This document shows, piece after piece, positions 1 to 12,491 of a stretch of 64,000 bases of DNA. The notes under the pieces were generated by a model. That model made no database searches. It was not told the origin of the DNA and saw nothing but the letters and a program-made list of their open reading frames with translations. Each line of letters starts with the position of its first letter. Position 1 is the stretch's first letter. The translations under genes and the position numbers were made by a program. This DNA comes from Mobula hypostoma (Eukaryota): positions 54,314,001 through 54,378,000 of the forward strand of contig NC_086108.1 of assembly GCF_963921235.1 (NCBI RefSeq), in the 5' to 3' direction.

Positions 1-149
1 TTCCTTTACTTGAAGATAAATTATTCTGTCTCCCTAACATTATCATTCAACCAATCCTGATGTTTTCTGGACCTATACCCAAGGATTCTGTAGCAGTTAC
101 TTGAAAACAAACCAAAACCGTTCGGAGACTAAGCATGGGGGGTTGACAC

Positions 150-568
150 TGTGACGCGCTCTCCACAATAGCGAAGTTCAAAATCAAAGAAAGTACGTTT
201 GTTTCTTTAGTAAGTCATCAAAGACGAACAGTCTTGTAATGATTAAAAAAAACTAATGAGACTGAAAGTAGCGATATAATGAAATAAGTGGTAACATTAG
301 CAATTTAACATATTTAAGAGTATTTAAACATTAATAAGTGATCATAACATACTTAAGCATTCTTAAGTGTTCTTAAGAGATCAACAAAAAAAATAATTCT
401 GGCTGCTTCTCTGGTTCTACCTAGACTGAACTGACCTAAGACAAAGCATCAATGCATAACTGTACTCTTCGTTTCTACAACGTCCCAACCCACGTGACAA
501 ATTACCTACAATAAACGTGCAACAAAATACAATTCAGACATACATAAAATAGATACGTGACTCCTATA
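150..568 (-). mobile_element. Probable solo LTR
   Basis: Bounded by TGTGAC...CCTATA (TG..CA with one decayed end). Flanks GACAC and GATGC fit a 5-bp GACGC target-site duplication (TSD) after CpG decay. No coding content. Confidence 0.45.
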
Positions 569-849
569 GATGCTTTTGCAGGTATTGAGGATGGTGAATT
601 TAAGGAAACACCAGCATTATTTAATATCCCCAGGATATTCCTGAGGTTAAGTCAGGAATATCACTCTAAACATTGTGTAGTGGACACACAAGTGTATGTT
701 CGAAACTGTTCAACAACAATCTCCTATCCCAATTAAGTGGCGTAGTGTCCCAAATACACTAATGGAATCACAGCTATTTTTTTCAATTAGTTTTTAGAGT
801 TATCCCACATATGCAGCTGCCCTGATTAACTGGAATCCACTGTAATTAT

Positions 850-1635
850 ATATCTGGTCCCTTAGAATATTGTCCAATAACTTGCATACTACTGATGTCA
901 GGCCCACTGGCTTATAATTTCCTGGCTTATTCTTGGAGCCTTTCTTAAACAAGGAACAACATTAACTATCCTCCAATCCTCTAGCATCTCACTGGTGGCT
1001 AAGGATGTTTTAAATATCTCTGCACTAGCCTCCCACAGGATATGAGGGAACACCTTGTCTGGCTTTGGGGATTTATCCACCCTCATTTTCCTCAAGACAG
1101 CAAGCTATGTAATCTATATACAGTCCATGACCTCACTGTTGCTTTGTCTCATTTATATTGGCTCTGTTGCAAAAATTCCATCTCTATTAAGTTCTCCCCA
1201 TCTCTTTCGGCTCCAAGCATAGATGACCGCTCTGATCTTCCAGAGGACCAATTTTGTCCCTTGCTATCATTTTGCTCTAAATATCTGTCGAAGCCCTTGG
1301 GATTTTCCTTCACCTTGCTGCATGAGCAACCTTATGCCTTCTTTTAGCCCTCCTGATTTCTTTCCTAAGTGTACCCTTGAATTTCTTGTACTACTCAAGA
1401 ACTTCATTTGCTGCTTCCTGCAAATACCTGCTACACAGCTCCCTTTTCTTAACCGGGCTCAATATCTCTCAACAACGAAGATTCACTAAACCTGCTTGCT
1501 ACCCATGCCTATTATTCTGACAGGAGCATACAAACGCTGTACTCTCAAAATTTCACTTTTGCAGGCCTCCCATTTTCCAAGTGCATATTTGCTGGAAAAC
1601 AACCTGTCCCAATCCACACTTGCCAAATCTTTTCT
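850..1635 (-). mobile_element. CR1 LINE ORF2 fragment (continues at ~3570-3680 after the L1 insertion)
   Basis: ORF 898..1095 reads VDKSPKPDKVFPHILWE...EDWRIVNVVP, the typical CR1 RT N-terminal motifs. Confidence 0.85.
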
Positions 1636-3569
1636 CGCTTTCAATCTTTTTTATTGATTTAAAAGAATAAGGATAAATACAAACCAGAGGAGAAGTTATC
1701 TCAAATACATATTTCAATAATAGTACAAAGAAAGGAATATACACTGTCAAAATCATATATAGTATTAAGCTTATATAAAGAAAAAAAAACACTTCTCCTC
1801 TTAACAGTTCATAGAAAAGAAAGACTCAAAATTTCTGTTATTGAGAGAAAAAAAAGCCCACTAAACTAACCTAAACAAAAAAAAAGGGGGACTGGGCAGT
1901 CCATTTTGAGGATACAGTTTTACAGAAAGGAAAAATCCTCTGGTCAAATCTAAAACTTCGCGGAGAAAAAAGAATTAACTGAAAAAGTAAAAAGAATTAG
2001 ATCATATGAAAATATTGAATAAAGGGTCACCAAGTTTGCTCAAATTTAAAAGATGTATCAACCGTCCGACTCCTAATTTTCTCCAAACTTAAACATGACA
2101 TGACAGAGGAGAGCCAAAAATAAAAACAGTAAGTGGATTAGGATCCTTTCCAGTACAATAGAATAGCTCTCCTAGCCAATAAAGTTGAGAAGGTTATCAT
2201 GCATTGAGCGGAAGCAGGAATGTTTCCTGCTTCCGTTGGAATAATCCCAAAGATTGCTATAAATAAATTAGGTTGTAGGTCTAAACCTATGACTTTTGAT
2301 AACGTTCTAAAAACATCTCTCCAGAAATTATTTAACTCTATGCGGGACCAAAACATATGAATTAAGGTAGCCACCTCAGTGTTGCATCTATCACAGGTAG
2401 GATTCAAATTAGAAAAAATATGCACCAGTTTATCTTTTGACACATGCGCCCTGTGCACTACCTTGAACTGAAGCAAGGAGTGATGGGCACAGATAGATGA
2501 ATTGTTAACTAGATGACAAATTTTATTCTATTGATTATCTGAAAGTGATTCTTGAAGTTCCAATTCCCAAGCATGTTTAACCTTATCATTAAATTCAATA
2601 GCCATTTATATATAATGGCTATCATTCCTTTTTGAAGTGGTTTAAGCTGAAAGATGACATATATCATATTTGGTAAATGAGCAAGTGGGTAATTCGGTAA
2701 CAAATTGTGTAAACAAAAAATTAAATTCCTGACTTGTAAATATCTAAAAAAAAATTGTGCATTAGATAAATCATATTTGTCCACTAGCTGTGAAAAAGAC
2801 ATTAAACAATCCTTTAAAAACAAATCTAAAATAGTTTTTATTCCCTCTGTTTTCCATATTAAAAAGGCCTTATCTAAAATTGATGGTTTAAAAAAATAGT
2901 TAAAATGGATGTTACTAGAAAGAACAAAGTTATTTCAGTCAAATAATCTGCGAAACTGAAACCAAATTTTTAATGTAAATTTTTAATGGGACTAAGATCT
3001 TGTCTACCAATCTTAGAAAACAAAAAGGGAAGAGGAGCTCCCAGTAAAGAAGCCAAAGAGAAACCCTTTACCGAGTTCTCCTCCAAGTCCAACCATGGAG
3101 GACAGTCCTGGTTATCTATAGAGTGAATCCAAAAAGTAATATAACGAATAATAATTGCCCAGTAATAGAATCTAAAGTTTGGTAAAGCCAAGCCTCCATC
3201 TTTTTTTAATTTCTTCAGTAAGTGAATTATTTCCTCTTAATAATTATTCAGATCAATATCAAATACCTTTTAATATTGCTAAAATTATTTTACCTATATT
3301 GGTATTAAAATTACTAAAAATTTTAAAGATTTATATAAATATAATTTTCTTCCTTTAATTGAATATACACAACAAACGCTTTCCAAATGGTCGCCTATGA
3401 CGATGTTGTTAATTGGTTGAATAAATGCTATAAAAATAACAATTTTACCACAATTTTTATATACGTTTCAAGCTGTTCCATCCTTTGTCCCGAAAACGTT
3501 TTTTGATAGAATCTGTGATCATGTCATATATCTGGAATAATAAGAGCTCTAGAGTGAGTAAACCTTTAC
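1636..3569 (-). mobile_element. L1/Tx1-clade LINE, 5'-truncated with 5' inversion
   Basis: Minus-strand ORFs give GGLALPNFRFYYWA, FFRYLQVR and the cysteine-rich CDRC...LIHMFW region. Segment ~3220-3569 is on the + strand (KYLGI-like motif to WNNK..RVSKPLL). Degenerate 15-bp TSD: TGCCAAATCTTTTCT (1621-1635) and TGCCAGATTTTTTCT (3570-3584). Confidence 0.85.
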
Positions 3570-5355
3570 TGCCAGATTTTTTCTGATACCATCAAAATTG
3601 GCATCTCTTCAATTTAGAATCTCAACATGAGGACCAGACCTATCCTTCTCCATAATTATCTGGTAACTAGATTATACTAGATGCAAAGTGCTTCCTTACA
3701 TAAACTTCTGTCACTTGTCCCTCTACTTGTTTTAGTATGATCTGCAAATTTGGTCACAATGCTATCAGTTCCTTTATCCAGATCATGAATGTATAAAATA
3801 AAAAGTTGTAGTCCCAAAAATGACTGTTGTGGAACTCCACAACTGGATACTGTTATCCCAAGTCTCTGCCTTCTGCCAGTCAGTCTGCCCTAACACATTG
3901 TGCTGTTATCTTGATTAGCAGCCTCATCAGTGGTACCTTCTGAAAATCCAAGTACATAATGTCTACTGACTCTCCTTTGTCTAACCTGCTTGTTACTGCC
4001 TTAAATAATTCTAAAAGATTTGTCAGCAGTACAGTGTTATCATCTGCATTTGAAAGCTATGTGATGCTCCAGCAGCTTTGTGAGGAAGTACTACTAATCA
4101 AATGCATTGTAGGAGAACATTAAAAGCTGGTTAACCATTAACTGACTTACTTTCATTATTCCTCTCTTACTTTTCCTGGAATCTGGTCACAGGTGAGACA
4201 AAATCCCTGAAGATGTTTGAATATCTTTGCATTCTAATGAGGCTCCTTAAGATATGGCAAAGGACAGGCAGGTGCTGGTGGCCTCTTTTTCTTTTATTGG
4301 TGAGGTTGGAACAGCAAAGGGAAGGTACCAATTACAATGCCGGCTTACACAGGAGCCAGGAAGGAATGCTAATAATGGTAAGTAGGTTAGTTGGAATGTA
4401 ATCAAGTGCTGGTGGTGTGAAATATTGCCAAAGGATACAGTGGGATATAGATCAGTTGTAGATAAGGGCAAAGAAATTGCAAAAAGAGCTTAACTTGTCC
4501 AAATGTGTAATGCAAGAGAAGCTTGGATGATGAGAGAAGTTGTAAATTTAGTCAGAAAGGAAGTAAATGTAAGGGTGAGGGTATTTGAGGAATTTCGACA
4601 ACACAAGGAATTAAGAGTGCCTAATGGAGATGTAAAATGTCCTTAGCATGTCATAGTAAATACATTTAAAAACAAGAGAATGACCAGGGAGCGGGCAGGA
4701 CAGTTCAAAGACCAATGAAGGAATTTATGCCTGGAGTTGAAGGATGTCAGTGAAGCAATGATGTTGTTTCCATTGGTATTCACTCAGAAGGAGGACATGG
4801 AGTATGGTGAGACTAGTGTTCAGTTTTTTAATATGCTGGAGAATTTTGAGATCAAGAAGAAGATTGTGTTGGGTCTTTTCAAGAGCATTAAGGTGGATAA
4901 ATCATTGCTGTTTGATGGAATCTATTTCAGGTTATTGAGAGAGGCAAGAGAGGAGATTGCTGGGCCTTTGAAGATCTTAGTATACTTTCTAGCTTTGAAG
5001 GCAGAGAGTAGAGATAAAGGGACCATTTGCTGGATGAGGTCCTGAGGGTCTATGGAATAGCAAATGTTGTTCTCTTGTTCAAGGAGGGAAATGGGGATAA
5101 TCCAGGAGATTGTAGGTCTGTGACCCTCACATTAAAGGTATTGAAGACAGAGGATTCTTAGGGATAGGATTTACCCACATTTGAAAGAACATGGGCTAAT
5201 TAGGGACAGTCAGCTTGGCTTTCTTTGGTTGCCTCCTCAAAAGATGCAGTGATTGAAGGTAAGGCAGTGGATGTTATCTATGTGGACTTTGGCTAGGTCC
5301 CCCAGGGTAGATTGATTGAAAAGGTTAAGATACATGGAATCCATGTAAATTAGTA

Positions 5356-5703
5356 ACACACATCAAAGTTGCTGGTGAACGCAGCAGGCCAGGCAGCATC
5401 TATAGGAAGAGGCGCAGTCGACGTTTCAGGCCGAGACCCTTCGTCAGGACTAACTGAAGGAAGAGTGAGTAAGGGATTTGAAAGCTGGAGGGGGAGGGGG
5501 AGATGCAAAATGATAGGAGAAGACAGGAGGGGGAGGGATGGAGCCAAGAGCTGGACAGGTGATAGGCAGAAGGGGATACGAGAGGATCATGGGACAGGAG
5601 GTCCGGGAAGAAAGACGGGGGGGGGGTGACCCAGAGGATGGGCAAGAGGTATATTCAGAGGGACAGAGGGAGAAAAAGGAGAGTGAGAGAAAGAATGTGT
5701 GCA
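5356..5703 (-). mobile_element. Penelope-like element 3' tail fragment
   Basis: Near-identical to the tail of the PLE at ~50600-50940. Perfect 10-bp TSD TAAATTAGTA (5346-5355 and 5704-5713). Confidence 0.85.
5415..5452 (-). ncRNA. Minimal (type I) hammerhead ribozyme, intact core
   Basis: Minus strand reads UAGUC-CUGACGA-AGG(GUCUCGG)CCU-GAAAC-GUC^GACUG. It has the CUGANGA and GAAA core, stems I and II, and a loop-less palindromic stem III as in PLE minimal hammerheads. Confidence 0.85.
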
Positions 5704-6242
5704 TAAATTAGTAGTTTGGATTTGGAATTCACATCCATAGCAGATAGGGTAGCGGTGGAAAAGTGTTATTCTAGATGGAAGCTTGTAACCAGTGATGCTC
5801 TGCTGGAATCAATGCTGATACTGACTTGGCTGCAAATGTCGATGGGTTGGTTAGTAACCTTGCAGATGACACAAAGATTGGTGGAATTGTGGACAGTGAA
5901 GATGCTCATCAAAGGACACAGTAGGATATAGAATAGTTGTTATTGATGGAGAAGTTTTGATTGTTTAATTCATGGTATTGGTATACAGAAGGGTTTTGGT
6001 GCCCATGTCCATAGCTTGCTGAAAGTGACAGTGTTGATAGATATTGGTAAAGAAGATGTATGCCTTCATTGCTTGGAGCAAAGAGTATAAGAGTTTGGAA
6101 TTCTTGATGCAGTTATATTATACGTTGGTTAGGCCACACTTGGAATATTGCACACATTCTGATCACCACATTACCGGAAGGACGTGGAGGTTTTAGGGGA
6201 AGGTTCAGAGAATTTGATCAGGATGCTAATTAGATTAGAGGG

Positions 6243-6794
6243 TGTAACCCTCAGGTTCGGTCAGTGGCATTAGTCTAGGGGAAGATGCTCTCCAGCCCGC
6301 CAAACCTGTGAAATCTCGTTTTGCAGATGCTGCATGATGTTTTCCCCGTTACAAATCAGTACAGCGAAATAACAAACAGTACACCATATGCAATTACATG
6401 ATTTAGCTTTATAATTATTAATTTGACTAGCGGGTTAGTAAAGAAAACAAAGAAAAGGGCCAATTTTAATGAAACAGTCTAATGCGCACGTTGGTGCACA
6501 TCATTTTCCTGTCAGTTTGTTCTCCATCGATTTCCCTGGGCGTTGTCAACTCCCGACCCCATTCCACATCCACTCAGTCTTGCAGTCTACGACCTCTCCA
6601 TTCTGGTATCTTCTCTATCTTCCGCCAAACAAAAGCCCACAAATACCTCGCTGTCGGACATACAAGAAAGAAAACTACTTCTCTCATTGGACGCCACACA
6701 TTCCAAAGCCCCCGTTATCTCTAGTCATAACCCAAACACTGCTGCTACAGAGAAACCATTACATTAGCAGTGAAACCTTCTCCAGGTTGTTATA
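6243..6794. mobile_element. Solo LTR (Gypsy-like, 4-bp TSD)
   Basis: Termini TGTAAC...GTTATA (decayed GTTACA). AGGG is duplicated at 6239-6242 and 6795-6798. The host CR1 resumes afterwards. Confidence 0.65.
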
Positions 6795-6803
6795 AGGGTA
6801 TTA

Positions 6804-7634
6804 CAGGTCCACAATCCCTTATCCGAAATCCTTGGGGCCAGTTACATTTCGGAATTCAGAATTTTTCAGATTTCAGACCCCCCTCCCCCAATACCAAAAA
6901 AACACGTATGCTCAAGTCCCTTATTTAACTTGTATCAGTGCGGTGGACTTTAGGACCCAGCGGCGCACCAAACCTACACATATCCTCCCGTATACTTTAA
7001 ATCATCTCTAGATTACTCATAATACCTAATACAATGTAAATGCTACGTAAATAATTGTTATACTGTATTGTTTAGGGAATAATGACAAGAAGAAATGTTA
7101 CTTCCAACAAAAACATTCAATAAAACATAAAAATACACAGCTTCAAACAAACCGAATCAAGCTCATGGTAAATGACATTGGAATAAATATAGAACGTCAT
7201 TGTCACTGTCCCTATAAAACTTCAGTAACTAGTCTTTGTTTATTTAAATCATATACAGTGGTAGTTCCGACACTATTTTCTTCAGTAAGACGCCGCACAG
7301 ACACACCACCATCAAGCTTCTGCAATAACTCCACTTTCTGCGTTATTGATAGAGAGGATTCCTTCTCTTTTTCTCGTTGTTACCCATAGGGGTATCTGCA
7401 GCTCTTTCTGATATTTTCACAGTGAAATTAAACACAAAGTCACCAGTGAACACAAAATATCAGCGAACAGCAAATGCACATGTAACCAGTACAAACGCTG
7501 AGCCACAACTGACGTCTGGTGGCCTCTGCTAGTGCTGCCATGTCACACCCGAGTGACGTCAGCTGTTGGTGAAAAGAACTTCTGTTTTCGGAGCTTTTTG
7601 GATTTCAGAATTTCAGATAAAGGAATGTGCATTG
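6804..7634 (-). mobile_element. Tigger/pogo non-autonomous DNA transposon (Tigger4-like), copy 1
   Basis: TA flanks and terminal inverted repeat (TIR) CAGGTCCACAATCCCTTATCCGAAAT. Reverse complement of 45039-45862. Carries the transposase N-terminal remnant. Confidence 0.85.
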
Positions 7635-9207
7635 TAGTTATAGAGGTTGGACAAACTTGGGTTATTATCTCAGGAGAGTCTGAGGCTAAGGGGAGACCAG
7701 TTCGGAGTTTATAACATTGAGGAGCATAAGTAGGATCACAGAATTTCTATCCCAGGATAGAAATGTTGAATACTGGAGGGTATACATTTTAGGTGAGAGA
7801 GGCATATTTTAAAGGAGATACATAGGCAATTTTCTTTCCCCTGGAGAGATGTTAGTATCTGGGTAGTATCGGAAATAGTTATCTTAGTAGCATTAAAGAA
7901 ACTCTTAGCTAGGAGTATGGAGGAATATGGATCATGTGCAGGCAGAAGGGATTTGTTTAATATGGCTTCATGCTTGGCACAAACAAGATATTAAGAGATA
8001 TGAGACACCTCCAATATCTCACTTGGAAATTTAGACCCTTTGTCAGAAGCAGTCATGAAGAAACTAGTATTTATTAGTAACTTAATTGTAGCTATAAAAA
8101 ATACTAGGACTTCCTAAATAGTCCCTCAGGATTGAGCATAATTTGTTTTTATGGTAGTTATCTACCTTTTGAGGTAATTGAATCCTCTGTGGGACCTGCA
8201 GACTTCACCATTCATCAGAAAGGTGTAGCTAAGTGGGCTAGTGCATAGATTGATTGGGTTCTTGTGCAGTTCTCTTGCTTGTTCTTGGACCTCACACAAG
8301 GGAACCTCAAAGTATTCTATGCCATACTGGATGCTTCTTCACTACTTTGAGCAATATTGGGCAAATGATCCAAGAGTTGATGAGGCTGTTAATTGTAAGT
8401 TGTACCTTGAAAATTGATGGCTGTGATAGTATTTGGAACAGAATGGTTGCCTTTGAAATTGGATGTTGGATTACAGATGTTGCGGTTTGTGCATCAAAGC
8501 AGGCTGAGCACTGTGATATTGATTTGGAAGAGGGTGCTGACATTGGTTTACTCATCCTGCAGACAGATTTGGAGGACTGCAGGGGTGCTGTAGTACTCCA
8601 AGGTATTGTGTATATTTTCATAACATGTCCATTTGTGTTTTTCATTTATAAAAGAAAGCAGGGGTCACTACTAATGCACAGCCACTAAAATTGGTGTTGT
8701 TTGAGGCCTTGGTCCTTGAACACATTCTTCTGCACCTAACAAAAGACTCTAACTGGCAGGTGGCTCCTGGAAATGGGAAGCAATTAGTATTAAACAGAAT
8801 CTCTAGATGGATATGAATTAATGGAAGGTAGTTGCTTAGTGGACATTATTCTAAGTGAAGGACCTCAGGCTTCCAGATGTAACTGTTAAGGTCCATCTTA
8901 TATGTATGGCTTCTAAATATGCACATATACAAGTAATATGTTTGAATAATATCTGTTATAAAGCCAGTATGAATCCAGCCCAAGTAGAAAAACAAAACTT
9001 CTTGAATGAACCAAATTCCTGCTATGTGCAATAACATGCCAGAATTATTCTTGGCGCAAGTTCATGACAACCTTCCCTTCATGTTTGACAAGGAAAGCAC
9101 GCAGAGAGATTTGATGCTATGAATATGACCATCTTCAGAAAAGGAGAAATAATTATAGGGAAGTATACTGACTGCTGCAGGGAAGTTATTACAAGAATTT
9201 GCCATAA

Positions 9208-9597
9208 CTAGAAACACAGAAATCCTACAGCACAATACAGGCCCTTCAGCCCACAAAGCTGTGTCGAATATGTCCTTACCTTAGAAATTACCTAGGGTTA
9301 CCCTTGGCTCTCTATTTTTCTGAGCTTCATGTACCTGTCCAGGAGTCTCTTAAAAGACCCTATTGTATCTGCCTCCAGCACCGTCACCAGCAGCCCATTC
9401 CACGCACTCACCACTCTCTGTGTAGTTAAAAAAAAAAGACAAACTAACTTACCCCTGACATCTCTGCTGTACCTACTTCCAAGCACCTTAAAACCGTGCC
9501 CTCTCGTGCTAGCCATTTCAGCCCTGGGAAAAAGCCTCTGACACGATCATGCCTCTCATCGTCTTATACACCTTTATCAGGTCACCTCTCATCCTCT
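9208..9597 (-). mobile_element. CR1 LINE 3' end fragment
   Basis: ORF 9298..9516 reads TRGHGFKV...TQRVVSAWNGL...FKRLLDRYM, the CR1 ORF2 C-terminus. Confidence 0.85.
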
Positions 9598-11378
9598 CTG
9601 AAACGTAAATGGTGTGCTGCACGTCAAGAAACACAATGGACATCTAATAAAAGTCTAAGAAAAGTTCTGGGTGCATTGTAAAGAAAACTTCTGGGTGCAT
9701 CCTAAAAAAAAAGTGAGCAAGGGCAGTTGGTACATTTTGTGTGCCACAGTTCCTGAGGAGACATTGGATTGCATAGAGGGAGAGGGAGTTTGAACAAGCC
9801 TGTGGAGGTAGTCACTTTGTGTACCACAGTTCCCAAAGAGACATTGTGCATAATTTGGCATTTGGCAAGATACAATAAAAAGTTAGGTTTAAGTGGAGCA
9901 GCCATTGTGTGAAAGGGCCAATATTGGATGGGGAGTTGAGGCTTTGGATTATTGAGGCTTCAGCAAGGAGAGGCATAGCTCATAGATTTTTTTTTGTTAC
10001 TTTTTCTTTCCTATTACACCATTAGAGCAGTGGGGGTGCTAGACAGGAGAATGGAATACTCTTCTTGTGTATGTGTAAAGGCAAGGAGACCTTCGGTGTT
10101 CCTGACAACTATACCCGCAAGAAATTCATCCAGCTGCAACTTCTAATAGATCAGGTTAGAGATGCTGTTAATTGACAGGACATATGGGAAGGTAGTTACA
10201 CCCAAGGTGCAGAACACAGGTAACTGGGTGACCTTCAAGAGGGGTAAAGTCGATAGGCAGTCAGCGTAGAGTACCCCTGTGGCTGTACCCCTCAACAACT
10301 GGCATACCGCTTTGGATACTGTATAGGGGGATGACCTAGCAGAGGAAAGTCACAATGGTCAGGTTTCTGGCACTGAGTCTGACTCTGGGTCAGAATGGAA
10401 GGCGGGAGAAGAGGTGAGCTGCAGTGATCGGAGATTCTTTGTCAAGGGGAACAGAAAGGACGAGAATAAGATTCCCGGATGGTATGTTCCCTCCAGGATG
10501 CCAGGGTCAAGGATATTGTGGACTGAGTCCACAGCATTTTTAAGTTGGAGGGTGAGTGGCCAGAACTCATGATTCACTTAAGTACCAATTACATTGGACC
10601 CTCTTCCAGAGAAGGTGGGACTGTAGAGAACGGACAGTTTGCACCTGAACTGGAGAGGGCTAGTAGCTTTGCAGGAATGTTTGCTTGTGCTACACAGGGG
10701 AAATGGGGTGGGGTGGGGGTGGAGTTTAAACTGGAGTTGCAGGCAAATGTGAATTGGAGCACCAGAGTGGATAGTGGGGTGGTTGTGGAGAAAGATGTTG
10801 TTAAGCCTACATACAAAGTCAGGAATCGGAAGATTGAGCAAGGAGTATTGTAGGAAAGACCGATAAGCTTTGGGCACAGATCAACACATGCAATGGTGAC
10901 ATTGTAGCCATCAGTGAGGTTTGCAGGAGGGGCAGGACTGGCAGCTTAATGCTTCGGGGTTTCAATGCTTTAGACTTGATAGAGCAGGAGGAATTAAAGG
11001 GGGAGGGTTGACATTACTAATCAGGGAAAATGTCGTGGTAGTACTCAGTAAAGACAGTGGAGAACTTGTCTAATGAGGTTTTATGAGTAGAAATGGGGAA
11101 TAAAAAAAGCTATGACCATGTCAATTGGATGATATTAGCGACTACTCATAAATCTGTGGGATTTAGAGGAGCAAATTTTTAGAGGGATTGCAGACTGTTT
11201 TTAAGAGACATAAGGTTGTGATAGGCAGACATCCCACCTCTCCCGGAAGATCCGGGAGTCTCCGGCATATCAATAGTGGCTCCCCGACGCCCGGAAATTA
11301 TATACAATATCCCGGAAATAGTTTTTTTCGCGAGGGAGAGGGAGAGCGAGCATCCTGATTGGTCTCTCTTCGTGCTAA

Positions 11379-12051
11379 GAGTGGTCCCCAACCACTGGGC
11401 CATGAGGAAACAATATGATTTGGCGATATGTAACTATATGAGTCATTTGCACCTTTCCTCATTCCCTGTCACGCACTGTTGAACTTGAACGCACGCAAGA
11501 TCATTACACACGTGTCATCCATGTCAGTGCGGGAAGAAGATCAACTCCTCGAGCTTGTAAATGACGATGGGCTGAAAAGTTTGTTTGACATAACATCTCT
11601 GCCGGTATTCTGGATCAAAGTCAAGGCTCAATATCCTGAGATAGTCACGAAAGCACTGAAAACGTTGCTTCCATTTCCAACATCATATCGCTGCGAAGCG
11701 GAGTTTTCTGCAATGAATGCAACGAAAACTAAATTGTGGAATAGACTGGACATAAGGAACCCCCTTCGAGTATTGCTGACTCCCCTCACCCCTCGATGGG
11801 ACTGTCTTGTTGCAGGGAAACAAGCCCAGGGCTCGCACTGATTCGGCGATATTGGTGTGTTGCAATGATATTATACGTTCATACGGGGAAAATATGCGCT
11901 GTGTGTTTAATATCCAAACATTACTTAAAATGTTATCACGTATATTCTGGTCGTGATTAACATACCCCCCCCCCCCCCCCAGTTGGCTGGTCCGCAAGAA
12001 TATTGTCAATATTAAACCGGTCTGTGGTGCAAAAAATGTTGGGGACCCCTG
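11379..12051 (+). mobile_element. hAT Charlie/Buster-type deletion derivative with transposase C-terminal dimerisation domain
   Basis: TIR (G)AGTGGTCCCCAAC / GTTGGGGACCCCTG. ORF 11479..11841 reads FWIKVKAQYPEIVTKALKTLLPFPTSYRCEAEFSAM...KTKLWNRLD...KQAQGSH. Confidence 0.9.
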
Positions 12052-12453
12052 CTAAGTAGACCTATCAGTTTTCTCTATGAGCGGGCTTTACAGTCGACCT
12101 CAAAAATAATGACAGTGTTGCTTGCTGCACTGTTTGCAACAGTGACTTTTCTATTGCCCATGGTGGGCTAAAATGTAAAAGACATGTTGAGGTGAGTTTA
12201 ACAGGTGTCATTTGTTCATTAGCATAGCTAACGTTATTTAAACTAGCTGGCTGGCTGCTAAGGAGCTACGCTATTGATGTCCTACGTGATGAGGCCAAAC
12301 TCTGTGTAGACTTGCTTAAAGATGTAATAGAATAAACATGATAATATATAATATAAGTGCAAACACAAAATAATTTGCAGATGCTGGGGTCAAAGCGACA
12401 CTCACAACACGCTGGAGGAACTCAGCAGGTCTGGCAGCATCAGTGGAAAAGAT

Positions 12454-12491
12454 CGGTCGACGTTTCAGGCTGGAACCCTTCGTCAGGACTG
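12454..12491 (-). ncRNA. Minimal hammerhead ribozyme (left PLE arm)
   Basis: Minus strand reads CAGUC-CUGACGA-AGG(GUUCCAG)CCU-GAAAC-GUC^GACCG. Confidence 0.8.

Larger units (their letters stand above)
4500..7990 (+). mobile_element. Degenerate CR1 LINE interrupted by a PLE tail, a solo LTR and a Tigger element
   Basis: Remnant peptides IKVDKSLLFDGIYFRLLREAREEIAGPL, ADDTKIGG and VRPHLEYC. Boundaries are approximate. Confidence 0.75.

Noticed and set aside
582..645. AG...GT bounded segment as an exon
   Set aside because: No RAVER-like peptide in the open frame and a poor donor.
8254..8688. 144-aa + strand ORF
   Set aside because: No recognisable domain or splice context. The minus strand has a stop-interrupted QD..TNVSTL.QINI motif suggestive of a decayed RTE-like LINE.
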